DNA of 62,845 nt, filler included, from Choristocarpus tenellus KU-1152 (taxonomy: Eukaryota > Protista > Phaeophyceae): assembly GCA_964200185.2 (NCBI GenBank). It is 8 parts of 8 records of this genome, joined end to end, with 100 filler letters (N's around TTAATTAATTAA, not from the genome) between each part and the next. Parts side by side here need not be neighbours in the genome. Positions count along the whole stretch, not along the records: positions 15,505 to 30,202 come from CAXNAD020001134.1; positions 30,303 to 38,444 come from CAXNAD020005089.1; positions 38,545 to 46,470 come from CAXNAD020005387.1; 5 more parts are not named here. One strand, 5' to 3'. Within the stretch, counting starts at the first letter, position 1; each line of letters opens with the position of its first letter. Both the position numbers and the translations under genes were made by a program. Positions 24,401-38,599 of this stretch are shown piece by piece. Under the pieces are notes generated by a model, which worked only from the letters and a program-made list of their open reading frames with translations, did not search any database and was not told the origin of the DNA.

Positions 24401-27400
24401 GACCCTACCCCCCCAACCACACACACCCCATCCTTATGCCGTGAAGTGCGATGCATGAAGCCTTCGCAACAGCTTTCACTGTTACATCGGCGGCACTCCC
24501 CTCATCCCTTTGAACTCTTTAATCTTCTCGGCTAACCTGTGCTTCTCTACCAGTTTTTCACTCTTCTTGTCCACCCCAGTCACTTCGAGGTGTCTCATAC
24601 TCTCCTTGACAGCATTGGTCAAGATGATATCCCCTTTATTTATCCCAGGGATAGCAAGTTTGCAATGTGTGGATAGTCGGGAAGGCATCAAGCCATCGTG
24701 CAATAACTTATTGCGAGAGGCAAGGATTGCATTTGGTCGTATCAAGTTACAAGACGAGTTACTCATTTATACAGTAAAAGAGTATCAACATCAGCACGCC
24801 TTCCACAAAAATAAAACCCTTGCATTTAGGATGAAACATGTGTTGCGTACATGCCAAGAGGTTTTGCAACGTCCCTCCACTATAATGCTCTGGCAAATAG
24901 CATGTTTGTTCTGCATAGTGCTAGGTGTAGGGTCATTCGCACCTTCTATGTTAGTCTTCACAACAAGTAGGAGTGGCGTGAAGAACTTGAGGACACAAAA
25001 CCTGCACCTACTCCAAGCAGGTGACTATCTCCCCTGAGAAGGATCCCTTAGGCATACCCAAAGTCAGTCAGCGTTTCGCGTGTAATATTCCTACTCATGC
25101 TAATCCTTGAGCTGATGATTTGCTGTTCTGAAGGAAATACCAACTGGGAAACGACCTGTGATCGACGGGAGGCGGCCACTCGGATTTGGAGAACTGCTGT
25201 TATTGCCACAGTGAGCAGCACATTCGGTTCCAAAAATGCCCGTGGTGCAGGTATGACTGTGATTTATTGTGAAGAGGAGGTCAAGACGGTTCTGCATAGT
25301 CGTTCTCTCCCACGAGTACCCAAATTGGATGACGGCCAAGCCCCTTTTCACTAATCTCGAAACCCTTGCCCTTACCTTGATGCGTTGCAGAGGTTCCCGA
25401 CGATGTGGAGGGCGAGATCACGTACCCAGAGTTCAACAGACTCTTATTTAAGGGGGAGGTACGAACGTGTTTGCTTAACATTAAGAATTCGTATTAGTTT
25501 GTAGATCGGAGCATCGAAGGGGCAAGGACGTGGGGTCAACCTCTCTGTCTGAGAACTACAGTGTTAGTCTTTTCCTTGGCTGTTGAGCATTGCTGCTGTT
25601 AGCTACAATCGATCATGGCACTTAAATGTCTTCTGCCCTGCTTTTTTGTGATGCTTTTATTCCACCCCAGATAGTTCGTTGCAAGTTCTACGGTTCAAAT
25701 TATGACACAGCCGTGGTTGAGCTCAAGAATGGCAGTAAGGTGAGTCTGAGGAGGTTGGGGCCCTCACAAGGAGCGATGTTGCCAATGCAATTCCAAAAAT
25801 TGTTGCGCAATCGTGCTCAATTTCCTAGTATACCTAACCGAATCATAGCAACACAAGTAAGAGGGAGTGGCTGTAGTGCTGTGTTTGCAGTATTAATATT
25901 TGACTACTTGTATGTATAGTGTATGTAGGTTTGGCCTCTGGGCAACAAGGTGCGTGAATTAATGTAATCCCCCCGACTATATTCTAGACTGTCAGATAGA
26001 AGCTTAAGAAGGATGCTCGTCAAATTTAGACCACCCTGGGTTTGCTTACTTGAGCCTGACGGTCCTTGAGATGTGGAGATACACAATAGATGTGGGCATT
26101 GTTGCACAATAGTACATTGCCTTTTTAATGTGAACACCTTGATGGTGTCAGGTAAGCCGGAATTGTGTTCAAGACAACTGAATGGTGTTATTTCTCTATC
26201 CAATTATTGTTTCCGTTTTTTGCTACCACATTTCTTCAGCCCTTGCTGCTTGGTTTATTCCCACTTGGAGCCCTGTTGTGCTAGCCTTGTTTTGCGTGCA
26301 CCAATTGGTGAGTTGATGAAACTTGTAATGTATTAAACCATTGAAAACATGCTATTGGTTTAGAAGGCTTGTCTCTTTCAAAATGAGAGTCTCTGTTGCG
26401 ATCAACCCTGGGACCTAACCCCTCAATTGCTGTGCCTTTCCAAGACACTGATACCCAAAGTTTTGGACAAGATGTGACCATTTGGTCGTGTACATACCAT
26501 TACAATGTTGAGATAATGAAAGAGTGAGTGGTAACAAATTTCCCACCTCACACCTGCATAGATCCTTTTATCTGCATGAATCCCACACTTTTGATGGAAT
26601 GTCCCTACATGATCATTGCAAAATGTGATTTAATACCAACCCAAAGGAGATGTGTGTCCTCATTGCATTATGAGGTAATGATCAAGTTCATACATCTAGT
26701 GCAAGTGGATACCACATAACTACAGTACCAGATGCAAAATATCAAAACATGGTCTGTGTAGCCCTGTGGGGTGCTATGTGAAGGATTATATGGCTTAACA
26801 GTCAGTTGCTCAAGTCCTGTAACTTTGTTAATATTATACTTTGAAGTACTATCGATAGAAGCACAATTAACATTGCTCTATGTAAGGCCGTATAGTGCAA
26901 ATCATGAACCACATATCAATGTACTTGGTAGTGGTTCAAACTGCTATGTGTAGATCCCTCGCAGTGCAGCATCAAGGGTTGAACCTGTCATTTCCCCCAA
27001 ATCATAAGCCTGACCTCTTGCATCCCAACTGATGTGTGTGATCTTGTGAGATATGCCGCTCGTGACACTTGCCATTGCAGACTGTTGTAAGGTTTTAGTC
27101 ACTGACTCAAAAACTCATTAATTTTTATTAACAGCTTCGCATCCTAATTTGCTCAATAACACCGTGCCACTTAGTCATTCTTGCACTGACACTTGTGGCA
27201 GCTTGGTTCACGAAGCCCTGACACTGGGCAAAGGAACTCTCCATTACCAATCTCAGTCCTGAATTTATTATGTTCTTTTCCCCTGATAGTGTAGCCCTGG
27301 TATTCCCTGTCAAGATGTATCAGGACCATCTGGATTAGCTCTTGAGTCCTTACGATACAGATCGTTGGTGTAAACATACTACAGACTGTTGGCAAATGTA

Positions 27401-27890
27401 CTTTAGTTCAAATCTCAACGTACTTCAGTACAGATGTTGTGCAAAGGTGTACATAAGGTCAAGCAGCTGATTTGTCATTCGTTTTCATAGTTTTCTGCTG
27501 CTTTCTCATCCCAACTGTAAACTTCCCTCTTCTGTGATCAGGCCAAAATAGGTGCAGGATACCCGAGGGAATCGCCTGGCAGTGATGAAAGGTTAGCCAC
27601 AGGGCGTCTGGCTTGTTGCTCCTGCACTGAGGGTGTTTGCATTTAGGGTTGGAGTAGCTCACAAGACAGGGGTTAAGGTATAGCGTCAGGTTCATAAATC
27701 AGTGGGCTATGTATGCTAGCTCTTCCCTTCCAGAGATACAAAATCTATTAACTGAATAATCAAGCACGAGAAATCTACTCCATCTAGGTAGGCAAGGCCG
27801 CAGTTTTTGATGGGGGCCATGCAAAGGCAAGTGAATGTCACTAACATGCCATTGAATGCTGTGTACATATTCAATCTGTCCAGTTAACCC

Positions 27891-28004
27891 TGATCTTATC
27901 CACTATTGATCCTATCCACTATTGATCTTATCCACTATTGATCCTATCCACTATTGATCCTATCCACTATTGATCCTATCCACTATTGATCCTATCCACT
28001 ATTG
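27891..28004. repeat. Minisatellite, 16-bp unit (TATCCACTATTGATCY) x ~7
   Basis: Directly visible tandem array. Confidence 0.95.
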
Positions 28005-30410
28005 CTAGCCCGGTCAGAGTGATTGCGCAACTTCGCAATGCAGGGATACCATACAGCACCCCATTCGACCTGATGGGTTACTCAAAGCCTTTGTCCTACA
28101 AGGTGAGTACAATCCTAAGTTTGATGTAGTGCTGTCTGTGCCCAGTGTTAATACTCGTGAGGGACCTAGGGATCTGCAATCGCTTGTTCCCATGGTAAGC
28201 CTTGAGGAGAATATAGTGAACTTGAAGTAGGACATTTTGATGTCTGTTATCCTTGCCCTTAAGAGTGATTTGAGTACATTAAGTACAACAGGTCGTCTAA
28301 CCTCCTCTCTTGTCCCTCTGAATTTTTTTGTAACAGTATGATGGTGGAGCATGTATCCTTGTACAATGAGTAACGTTTGTGCCAATAGAATGAATGACCT
28401 ACGATTGACATTGAGACAATAGGATGCAGTCACTTGGAGCCATCTCTACCCCCTTGATATATATGTATATGTGTGTGTTTTTTTTCTATCCTCCCAAGGA
28501 ACTGCCTATCAGTTTCAAAGTGCTCGATGAGTGAGAGGTGCTCTCTTGAATACTACATGTTTTGTTTTTTCTCTATGTTGGGTATTGTTCAACCTTTGAG
28601 CATCAACTTGTCAGTGAGGATATCTCAAGCCAAGACTGTGTTGTACCAGCAGAAGGTCCTCTCCCCCATCATGTCCTGGACTTGCATCTTTGGTACAACT
28701 AGAATGCTTCTATTTGATGATGAGTGAGGTTCTCCTTGATGAATGGTGTACTGTAATGACATTATGTAGAAGCTTGTGCCAACTGTATCATGCTGCACAA
28801 CTTGCGTCATTCTGTGCTGCAGTTGAAGTATATGCTGACACTAAAAGCTATTATCAAAAGAACGTGTTTTGACCTTTAGCTATAAGTGGATGCAACGAAG
28901 ATGGACATTGCACCAGCAATGGACCTTAGCGCAAGATTACTCTCCTTAGATGTATAGAGCTAGGGCACCAACACACATATGTGTGAGACTACCCTTGTGC
29001 TTTTGCGGCTGAAGATCCCCCCCCCCCCCTACTGCCCACAATTCCTATCTTTCATTGTCTCAAAAGAGTGCTGAGACCCTGCAGGCTGACAAGCGACAGC
29101 AGGATGAGGACGAAACCATGGAGCGCCTCATGAGTGATGGCTCCAAGTAGAAGACCGTTCTTTGTTGGACCCGTGAGCCGGTCCAACATACATATTTTTC
29201 TTTCATAGACTATATGGCTACTTTTTATTTGAGGGACAATGAGGGTTTTTGTGGCTTGGTTACATAGGCAGTGAGGATTGTGAATGTTGGTGTGTTTCAT
29301 TAAAGGCATAGTTTCCCACTCTGGGTATTTGTGAAGCTGTAGTTGGGCCTGTTTTGTTCGCTGCATAATGACTTGTTTTGCCTCTGAGACGACTAGCTGG
29401 ATATGTCCTTTACCGAGAAGGATTATGAAAGTAGACGGTACTAGCGACAGGGTCTCTGATAAGTGTTCCCAAAGATGCATTTCAGTCGCCATGAGGTTGA
29501 GCACAAATGACCTTGAAAAAATGTTTATCCTCAGGAAACGGCTACATTTGTATCACTACTGACTTACTGGGTTGAGAAGCAAACATGTGTGTGTGTGAGA
29601 CAGAGAGACATTCGGATATGGGGTATGTGCCACTATTTATATGTACCTGTGGCATGGTTGCACGACATCATACAATAACTTAGATGATCAAATGAAATAT
29701 ACTTTTTATCGTAGATATTGGTAGATGTGAAGAGATGGATATCTGAAAATGTTACCATATTGCCCCATTCCCTTCTACCTGTAGTAGTGTAATCTCATGG
29801 TGACCTCATCTTCTTCTATCTCTGGAGTTTCCTGACAATCGGAACTTTTTGCTCATACTTCCGTTTTTAGTTGAAATTGTCTCATCTCGAAAAGTGAGGA
29901 GATCACTCATCTCGACGTCATGCACTTGACGATGCGGCAACGACACTACCCCCATCCAGACAGACACAGTTGTGAGTGGAAGTATCTTAGAGGGTACGAC
30001 CTTTTCCCTGTTTGTCCATATCGGGCTTGGCTTCCTACGGATTGTTATTGGCATTTTACCTACTCCAAACTGTTTTGGAGTATGTAAAATGTATACGTTA
30101 TGAAAAGGTGTGTCCAGAACAAGGATATTCACATCTCCTAACAAACATGATAGTCAAAATTACATCAAAATTGCAACATTGGATTTTGGCCTCCAAATGG
30201 ACNNNNNNNNNNNNNNNNNNNNNNNNNNNNNNNNNNNNNNNNNNNNTTAATTAATTAANNNNNNNNNNNNNNNNNNNNNNNNNNNNNNNNNNNNNNNNNN
30301 NNCCCCCACACATGCAAACAAACCACCTGGCAGGGTGGTGGTGGGTGATGATTGTGTTCTTTGTGGGAAACGGGGTGAGTAGTCCCTTTCAACAACTGCA
30401 ATCGGCCAAT

Positions 30411-30568
30411 CACATCTTGATCACAACATCTTGATCGCAACATCTTGATCACAACATCTTGATCGCAACATCTTGATCACAACATCTTGATCGCAACATC
30501 TTGATCGCAACATCTTGATCGCAACATCTTGATCACAACATCTTGATCGCAACATCTTGATCACAACA
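30411..30568. repeat. Minisatellite, 14-bp unit (ACATCTTGATCRCA) x ~11
   Basis: Directly visible tandem array. Confidence 0.95.
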
Positions 30569-31994
30569 GTCTGACACGGAACGATCTTGACTGTCTTGTC
30601 GGTCCCTGCTCCTCTCATTCATTGTCTAGTCCCTGCCGCCTGAGATCACTATTATTTTTCTTCTGTTCCTTTTGAAACAAAAACAAAATTATTCTAAATA
30701 TTTTATTTTGAATTCTCGCAATATCTGGATTTTTATTTTGAATGACTGCCTGGCACACACTATACACACATATATATATATATATATATATTTATTCTTT
30801 CCAGGTGTGAGTGGGTTGGGGGAGGGTCAGGGATCATCAATGATACAGTTTCATACATATTTTTATTCTTTCAACTATGGTGTTTCGTGTTTTACTGTTC
30901 CTAAAAAAATAAAAATTCCTCTTGAAATGAAGTAGGAAGGCTTTCTCTCTCTCTCTCTCCCTCGCTTTCGTTAAACTACTACCTTCTCCTGTGGCCGGTG
31001 TGGAGGAGCATGGTGTCGATATATTCGTTAAATTTGTTTTTTATTTTTTAGGGGTTTTACGTCAGATTTGGTTTATTTTTTTATTTTTGCAGTGTTATGG
31101 GCGATATTTAAAAAAAAGAAAGGTGGGTTCTAAATTGCGTTTTGAACACTAGGTACAGGCTAAAAACTTTTTTTTTTACAGAGCACGTGACTGCCGATGT
31201 GCTGCAACCGTTTGATCGTTTGTCTAGATCTTGATAAGGCGTTCTACCAGTTGTCGCTGAGGACTGAAAATGAATTAACAGTTGCTGCTGAGTACTTAAA
31301 ATTATTATTATTTATATTATTATTAGTAGTAGTGGTATCGTTCTAATTGGTATTTTTGTTGTTAGTAGTATGGTTGTAATTACTATCGATATGGTTATAA
31401 TTACTATTCTTATTTCTTTTATTTTATTCTTGTAATAATTACTATTGTTGAAATTACTACATTATTTATTATAATTGATATTTTTCGTGCTTTTTTTTTT
31501 GTTTATTGTGGCTTGTCCCAATGCGTTAGAAAATGAAGTGGATTATCTTGCCTCAGATTTCGACTCTAGTGGCACTACTAGATTTTGATCAGAGAGAGAG
31601 AGAGAGAGAGATGGCAAGGTCTGTTTGTGAAGATGCAGTAGATGGAAGGCTTTATTTGAACACCCTTCCTGCTTCAATCAACCCCAAGCGGAGGTTGCGC
31701 TTATAGACACAAACGCGTGTATCCTTGAAAATACATTGGGGGCCAATCCACCTTTAAAACAAAAAAAAATAAACAGAGAAATAAGCGATTGCATGCTGAA
31801 AATTTTCATGTTCAGTCCTCTTCCCTTCCCTTCCCCACCTCCCATCCCCCCCCCCAAAAAAAAAAAAAAAAACCCTAACCCTAAGTTTTTTCTTTTCCCC
31901 CCAAAAGGAAGCTCAGTGTACTCCCTTGTAATTTTTTTTTCACCTCTGTTGTGTGTGTGTGTGTGTATTTGCACTCCACTCCACTCCACTACAG

Positions 31995-32439
31995 GGGTTG
32001 GTACGGACTGGTGTTCGTTCTATTTCATGGTCGATGGACACAAGAGTCACAACATGCCGTGGGATTGGTCAGACAGTTGGCCAATGAAAGAGCAGGCATT
32101 GCTCTGTCCTCTGTGACAGGGACGGCTAGTAGTAGTAGTAGTAGTAGTAGTAGTCATTCTGGTCCTGCAGGGGTAGGTGGAGGTAGAAGCGGGGGCGGAG
32201 TGGGGGTGTCAAAGAGTACAGAGTTGGTACTCTTTGAGGCTGATGTGATGTCACTCATTGAGGTGGCAGAGAGGCATGAACTCACATTGCTGCCTTCTAT
32301 TCATGCCTTTTATGGGGGTAGAGAGGTCCTGAGGAAACAGGTCAAGGAGGATGACACCTTGGCCTCTCTGGAAGCTATGATAGAAGGACTCATGTCGAGG
32401 GTGTTGAGGGGCGCTGGAGGTGCGCTAGAGGTGAAGTAG
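31995..32439 (+). CDS. Terminal exon encoding a thioredoxin-like fold without CxxC, with a Ser/Gly-rich insertion
   Basis: Pyrimidine-rich acceptor ...CCACTACAG at 31994 and open frame to TAG. LVFVLFHGRWTQES and VLFEADV...AERHELTLLPSIHAFYGGREV follow the thioredoxin pattern (VVDFxAxWCGPC ... FxKVDVD...A..Y.V...PTF.F...G.EV). Confidence 0.6.
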
Positions 32440-33014
32440 AAGGGGTAGACTGGTTCCGATACTACATGGAAATACATATATATTTTTTTGGTGATGGTGA
32501 ATTGGAGTACCTTTTTGGTAGTGTTGCCATCCATAGTAACAAAACAAGTGGGTTCTTGCTTCGGGAGAGCTTGGGGGTGGTTATATGTTTGTTTCTTCAG
32601 CAGGTACTTTAGGGAATGTTCTTTTTTTTTTTTTTAATCATTTTTACAGTTCAGGGTTTTGAGGTTTAGGTGACAAGAACGGTGTGGGGCCCAAGTTCTT
32701 TGTGGGTTGTTGCGATAGGAAGGTAATTTGTGTATCCTTGGGGTGTTTATCAACGTTGTGGTGCTGGCGGTGTGCTTTGCAGTATGGTTTGTGTGGAGGG
32801 GTGGTATCACCCCCAAGTATGCCAGCTCTGTGTGATACTGATGGCGGCTTGTGCTCTGACCTCTTGCCTTGCTTCGGTTGTGCTGGGTTAAGTTCAATGT
32901 TGGCCGAGAGGAACATTGGAGGTTGGTGAGTCTGTACGTGCATTTCTGCTGCGACAGGAGATTGGACAGTATATTTGCTTCCCACTTCATCGATTACTTT
33001 GTTCAGGGTAGTTG

Positions 33015-33018
<4 letters not shown>

Positions 33019-33060
<42 letters not shown>
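33019..33060. repeat. (CT)n microsatellite
   Basis: About 21 CT units. Confidence 0.9.
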
Positions 33061-33064
<4 letters not shown>

Positions 33065-34804
33065 GGGTCGGCTTATGTCTCTTTTTTTGTGTGCTTTTGT
33101 GTGCTGCTTGTTTTTGTGTGATGAGTGTCCATGTCTGTCATCAAAGGTGTAAAAACAAAACAAAATATCCAACGGCATGCAGGAGAGAGATGGGTTCGGA
33201 AAGGGGTCTCTCTCTCTCTCTCCGAACACATCTCTTTGTGTAGCCTGTGTGGTGTAGGGTACCGGCAGGACCTTGGTTTTCAAATAAAATTAGGGATCGT
33301 ATATCCGTGATGCCAACATTCTTCATGGAGATGAGCATGTAGAAGAAAACCCCCTAGTAAGTATGTCTAGTAAGTATGTCTTGTGTACCCGTTGCAACGT
33401 GTTTTGTGCACTAACTGCGGCAAGGCCTTGGCTGTTGATGATCCCATTGGTGCATGGGCGTTTGTGCTGATAGGTTGCCATTGGCATGTATGTTGCGATA
33501 CTGTCAAATCCTTGCTTGGCTGAGAACCGGTATGCTATGTCGTAGCTTGAGTTTTCGGGTCCCTTTCCAGGGGGTTTGAAGCATCACCATTGCCTGCTGC
33601 TGCCTTGGCACCTGTCGTCTCTGAACTGGCACAGTCATGGGTAGTTTGGCCTTTGCTTTGGCTAAAGTATATTAACTGAGAGCAACAAAGTTATATATTT
33701 TTTGAGGTTATGTGTGCCATGATGTCACAACCTTGATGAAGCAGTATTTCATTTCTCTTTTTTTGCTTCCTGCCTGTTATGGTTCCAGTATTGTAGCATC
33801 TGAGCTTTGTGTACAGGCGATGATTGATGAGTTTTCGTCTTGATTGATATTGAGATAGAGTTTATTGCTTGGGAAGGCGATGGGGACATGCCTCAGAATG
33901 GACTGATGGATGGATGGATAGAGTAGTCGTTGGAGGGCACTGAGATAGTGGAGGCGACATTGGTATAGCTACCATCGCGACAGGAGTGTAGTAGGACCAG
34001 ACTGGTTGGGTTGGGTGGATGTTTCCTGTAGTCTTGCCCCAAGATTGATGTTCGTACAGTGTAAGCTGGTGTAGATGAGAAACGTCCTGACAGTGATGGT
34101 TCAGTGTTGTCCACCTTAGTAACTAGTTAGCTCCAAGAGCGCCACTGTATTATTGAATTGACATAAATGGTTTTGGATCAGAAAAGCAAATCCCCACTCA
34201 ACTGGGGTGTACTAAAGAGCTGAACTAGTACTAGTACTGCAGCAATCATTAGTGGAGGGTGTGACACACGTATATACATATGGATAAAAAGTAATAAAAA
34301 TATAGCTCATGATACTAAGAAGGAGGGGACAAAGGATACACCAGGGGAATACATCCTCCTCCTGTCTTTGGCTCAATGAATCATACAGTCCTCAGTACAT
34401 ATTATCAGTCGATTGATCTAACCATTGCCCTTTAAAAACGCTCCTTGTTCCGGTCCCCTCATCAATCTTCATGAGACCACTTGACAGATATGGGATTGGC
34501 TCAATGACGCCCAAGTACACCACAGCTACTCCTGGAATGGTAAGAGGAAGGGTAGTGTTCTCGATTGGTGGAGATAGGTGATTTTTTCTCCCTTATCACA
34601 GGTAAACGCAACACTTGCAGTTGTCCTCTTCCCATAAATAAAAAAAGATTGCATTGCAATGCACCCTCGGGAGGAAAAACCGATGGAAACCAAGGGCCAG
34701 CTCAGGGTAGCCCGTGCCTAGAGGCAGGAAGGTGTTCATGGCGGTTTGGTACTATCACCATGTTACTATAATAATATGACAGGCCTTCAAGTTCAAGTGT
34801 ATCC

Positions 34805-35065
34805 GAGATGGGGGCACTGCAGAGTTTTGAAGGTCCCTCTTTAACTTTCTGGTGGCACATGTTCTAAGAGCGGGCAGTCAACACCTGTTGAGAGTGTCTT
34901 CTTTTGTTTGGTGCTGTTGGGGGGCTTATCAGTTTGCAGAAGCAAGACACATCGTTATAAAGCCCCCTTTTGGAATGTCTGCACCTCCTGCAAACAAAGT
35001 TGGTGAGGCCCTCAAGAGTCCAAATTGTCAAAGCGCCTTCCCCCTCTCAGTTGCTTGACTCTTTA
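34805..35065. repeat. Dispersed repeat, homologous to ~52921-53175
   Basis: Shared GA.ATGGGGG.ACTGC.GAGTTT..AAGG.CC..ACTTTCTGGTGGCACAT..GAGCG..AGTC.ACACCTGT. Confidence 0.7.
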
Positions 35066-38000
35066 CTGTTGAAGCTCTACAATCTATGAGAATGTGCATG
35101 CAGATACCTTACTCCACCAGGCACTATGAACAAAGGCCTAGGGTTCTAAACCCAGGAATGACAACAATATATACATGACATAATACAGATATATGGAAAT
35201 AAGATAGTATTACTGGGCTTTGTGCATAATGCCATCTAAACACATACATTATGTCCTTGCTATTGTCATGTATTGCCCGTGAAGCATACAGTGTTGTCAC
35301 TCTTACTGATCTGGTTGCTTGAAAATGTTTCCACAGTCACTCTGGGGTACCTGGATTGTAATGCATGAGAGGGCTTGAAAAAGGGACAGGGGTGTGATAC
35401 TTGAAATGTGAGAGGCAGCTAGACTAGATCTCCTTCCATTTTATCTCTTGGAATCTGTCTTCTTATCAAGGTATCAATGAATTTGGCACAAGGCGAGGAA
35501 GGGAGGCATATAGTGGGGCATCTGACATTGCCACAAGAAACAACATACCATACTTTTTAAAACTGGCCCGGCCTCTCATATGCACATCAATACCAGTGAG
35601 AAGTAAGACCCGGTCACACTTCAATGAAAGAGATGTACCATCAAGGCAGATGGATCGCATCATATATACATACAGTCTGTCATGTCGGACTGAAATGTCT
35701 GTCTTTCTAAACCTCTTTCAGAATAAATCGACCCCCCCAAAAGTACTTGACATATCACTGATCACAGTGTAAAGACACACTCTTTCAAATCTAAGACTTC
35801 ATACAATGTTTCCATACAATCATGCTGTACACCAGAGCTCCACCAAGTGTTGGTACCCCTGATTTGTCTAATATTCTATATCGTATCCTGTAGGTCCAAT
35901 AGCGTCACACGGGAAGGTACAATGCCCCCCCCAAAAACACATCCCTTCCCTCCTGGAAACTCCATCCATGCATTGGGCCGGTGTTAAATTTGTGAGCGAA
36001 CCCTTCCGCCCCCCTTCCCCCTTCCCTTCCTGTTGTGCTTTGGTCACAGCACAACTTCTCCCATCTGAACATGACCCTCCTTGTCCCTGCTCTGCTCTTG
36101 CCTTAAGGTGGAATATTTTCCAAATAGACCCACCACCTTAAACCTTTTTGGATTGAAGATATGAGTTGCAGTAGGGACAGGGTTAGGGTTCAGAGGCGTT
36201 ACACCTCTGAATCTGTAGCTGTTTTTATCTTTACTCAAGGAGTGCACAAAGCCAAACCTTACCCATGCAGCCTCTCATGTAAAAAAGGTACTAAGCTGCA
36301 TCTTACCCAGAAGGCATTGACTGGCCGGTGCACTAGAAGGGTTTCATATAGCAACCTGCAAGGTATTTTTGGCATTCACAACGCAAACACATCTTAAAAC
36401 ACTATTGGAAAGGTGGTCCTTACAAAGTAGAATACCTTACCAACTGTCAGACACCTATCCCTAACCCTACAGATTACTCCAAAACAGGCTATGCACAGAT
36501 TGTGTTGAATAGCCTACCAAGGCCCCCCAAAGACCCAGGCACTCCCTTGCAGCATTGGAAGACTCACCTTCATCAGCACCCTCCACACCAAGACAGCCTA
36601 CAAACTGCAAGTACAAATCCAGGCTCACAAGCAATGCATGTACTACTTGTAGGAACCAAGACATCTTCCCAGCATCCAAGTTCCAAACTGATCCACTTCC
36701 CACCTGTCAAGAAGAATCACCACTGCCATCCAGACCCACAGTAATGCAAGGTGCATAAACTCATTTGCCTCCTTTCCATGAAATCTCTTTGCCTGTATGA
36801 TCAGCTGCACAAGTAGTATATACAATGACCCTGGTACCAGCACCAGTAGAAATGGGTTGGGGGTGGGGTTACGTAGTTCCATAGGGAGCTGAAACGATTC
36901 TTGAGGTAGGTAACTAATGCGACTACCTCATACAACTCGAATTAAAACAGTAAGGTCGTGGAGTCATGCGCAGCGTCTTCTGCTGCAATGTTGGTTGGTG
37001 AAACATAGGAAAATGTGATCCCTCTCTGAACGCTTGCCTGCTAGAGTTATCCCAAAGAAAAGCCACAATCCCGGCACAACCACATACTTGCGTAAACTTC
37101 CCCAGTTCAGCTCTGACAGAACGCACAAGAGGGCGCCTAGACATGTCACGATAAAGACGGATGCACCGGCACAGCATCACCACGCACACAGATTTGGCAC
37201 AGCACAGGATGGAGGATGAGTTGTGGATGTTAGGGAGCTGGAAGGTCAATGTAAGAGGACTTAAAGACAGCCAAGTTGACTCCTGGCAAAAGGGGTTACA
37301 GAAATCAAATGCCCAGCATGCACGGTCTGGAGATCGGTTTGACACATTAATGGCAAGAGAACAGCACATGAAAGTGCAGTGACAGGACATAACCGTACAG
37401 AACAGAAATCGTCCGTATCTTAAGGCGACACTGGTATTTCCTTAAGCGTACGACGAGAAGTATTCTCGAGGTGCATGATCACGATTTATACAAATCGCGA
37501 TGAAACATCTGAGTGCCTAGTAGTGTAACAGGTTGCTAGCCTTCCACGAACCTACAAAGTAGATCACCCCCCACAAGGCTTTATGCCGGTCTTGGCCGTT
37601 ATATAGCAGTGGCGCTGCGAAAAATGCGAGTAGAGCAAAAAGCATGTTTGCTGTTCGTAGAATCAACCTGGGATAAAGAGCAAACGAGACGGGTCCCACG
37701 ATAGTTGTTACTTGTTGGCAAAGCATGCTTGCAAAAAGACCTCAATACTCATGACGAGTTTCTGTGTTTCCTATCTGGGCTTTTCTTTACACCTGATCAT
37801 TCTTGGTTGGAGGCATCTCTCACAACACATCCCATTATGAGGTACAGGATGCAAAAAGCCGGGTCGAGAAGCTTTGTCATTCTTGATAGTCTTATCCTCG
37901 GTGACTTTCAGATCGACCTCGACGATCTCTTCATCGTGCTCTGCATCATGTAATGGGGGGAGACTGGTTGTCATTCTCCACAGTATTCAGCAGGGCTCCG

Positions 38001-38307
38001 GGATATGCAGTATGACGTCACAGGATTATTACAAGACAGAAGTGGTTCCTTGGTTACCAAGTATAGTTGGTACAGTCAATTGTGGAACTTCGTATACAGA
38101 CAGCCCTATAATGTATATATTGGACCATTCAGTTGGTTGGAGTGCATCTTTAAATAATGGTAAAGTATATATATACTAACATGCCTTCTGAAATTTTGTA
38201 GATGTGTTGGGGGAAAAGCCATATCAATATCATAAGAACCCTTGTAATAAATAGTAAACTGTTGTCATAAATGTGGTAGGTATTTCTCTAAAATATATTT
38301 ACTATTT

Positions 38308-38426
38308 GATTTTTTTGTGATCTGGTTGCATACGTCGGATGGATAATGCAAGCGAACTTTTCCTGGTTATCACCCAAATGGATACCCTGGTGGTGTAGAC
38401 CCCCCCCCCCCCAGATACTTTGGGTC
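38308..38426 (+). mobile_element. Family B MITE, 5'-truncated
   Basis: GGTTGCATACGTCGGATGGATAAT...GTGTAGAC(C)nAGATACTTTGGGTC. Confidence 0.85.
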
Positions 38427-38599
38427 CCTCGAACTTAGCTTAGCNNNNNNNNNNNNNNNNNNNNNNNNNNNNNNNNNNNNNNNNNNNNTTAATTAATTAA
38501 NNNNNNNNNNNNNNNNNNNNNNNNNNNNNNNNNNNNNNNNNNNNCCAAGCCCCACAAATGGACAAACAGGGAAAAATTCGTATCCTCTAAGATAGTTTC

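Noticed and set aside
37517-37974. Minus-strand hydrophobic ORF pair suggesting a membrane protein
   Set aside because: The two ORFs are out of frame with each other, and I found no clear splice sites or family motif.
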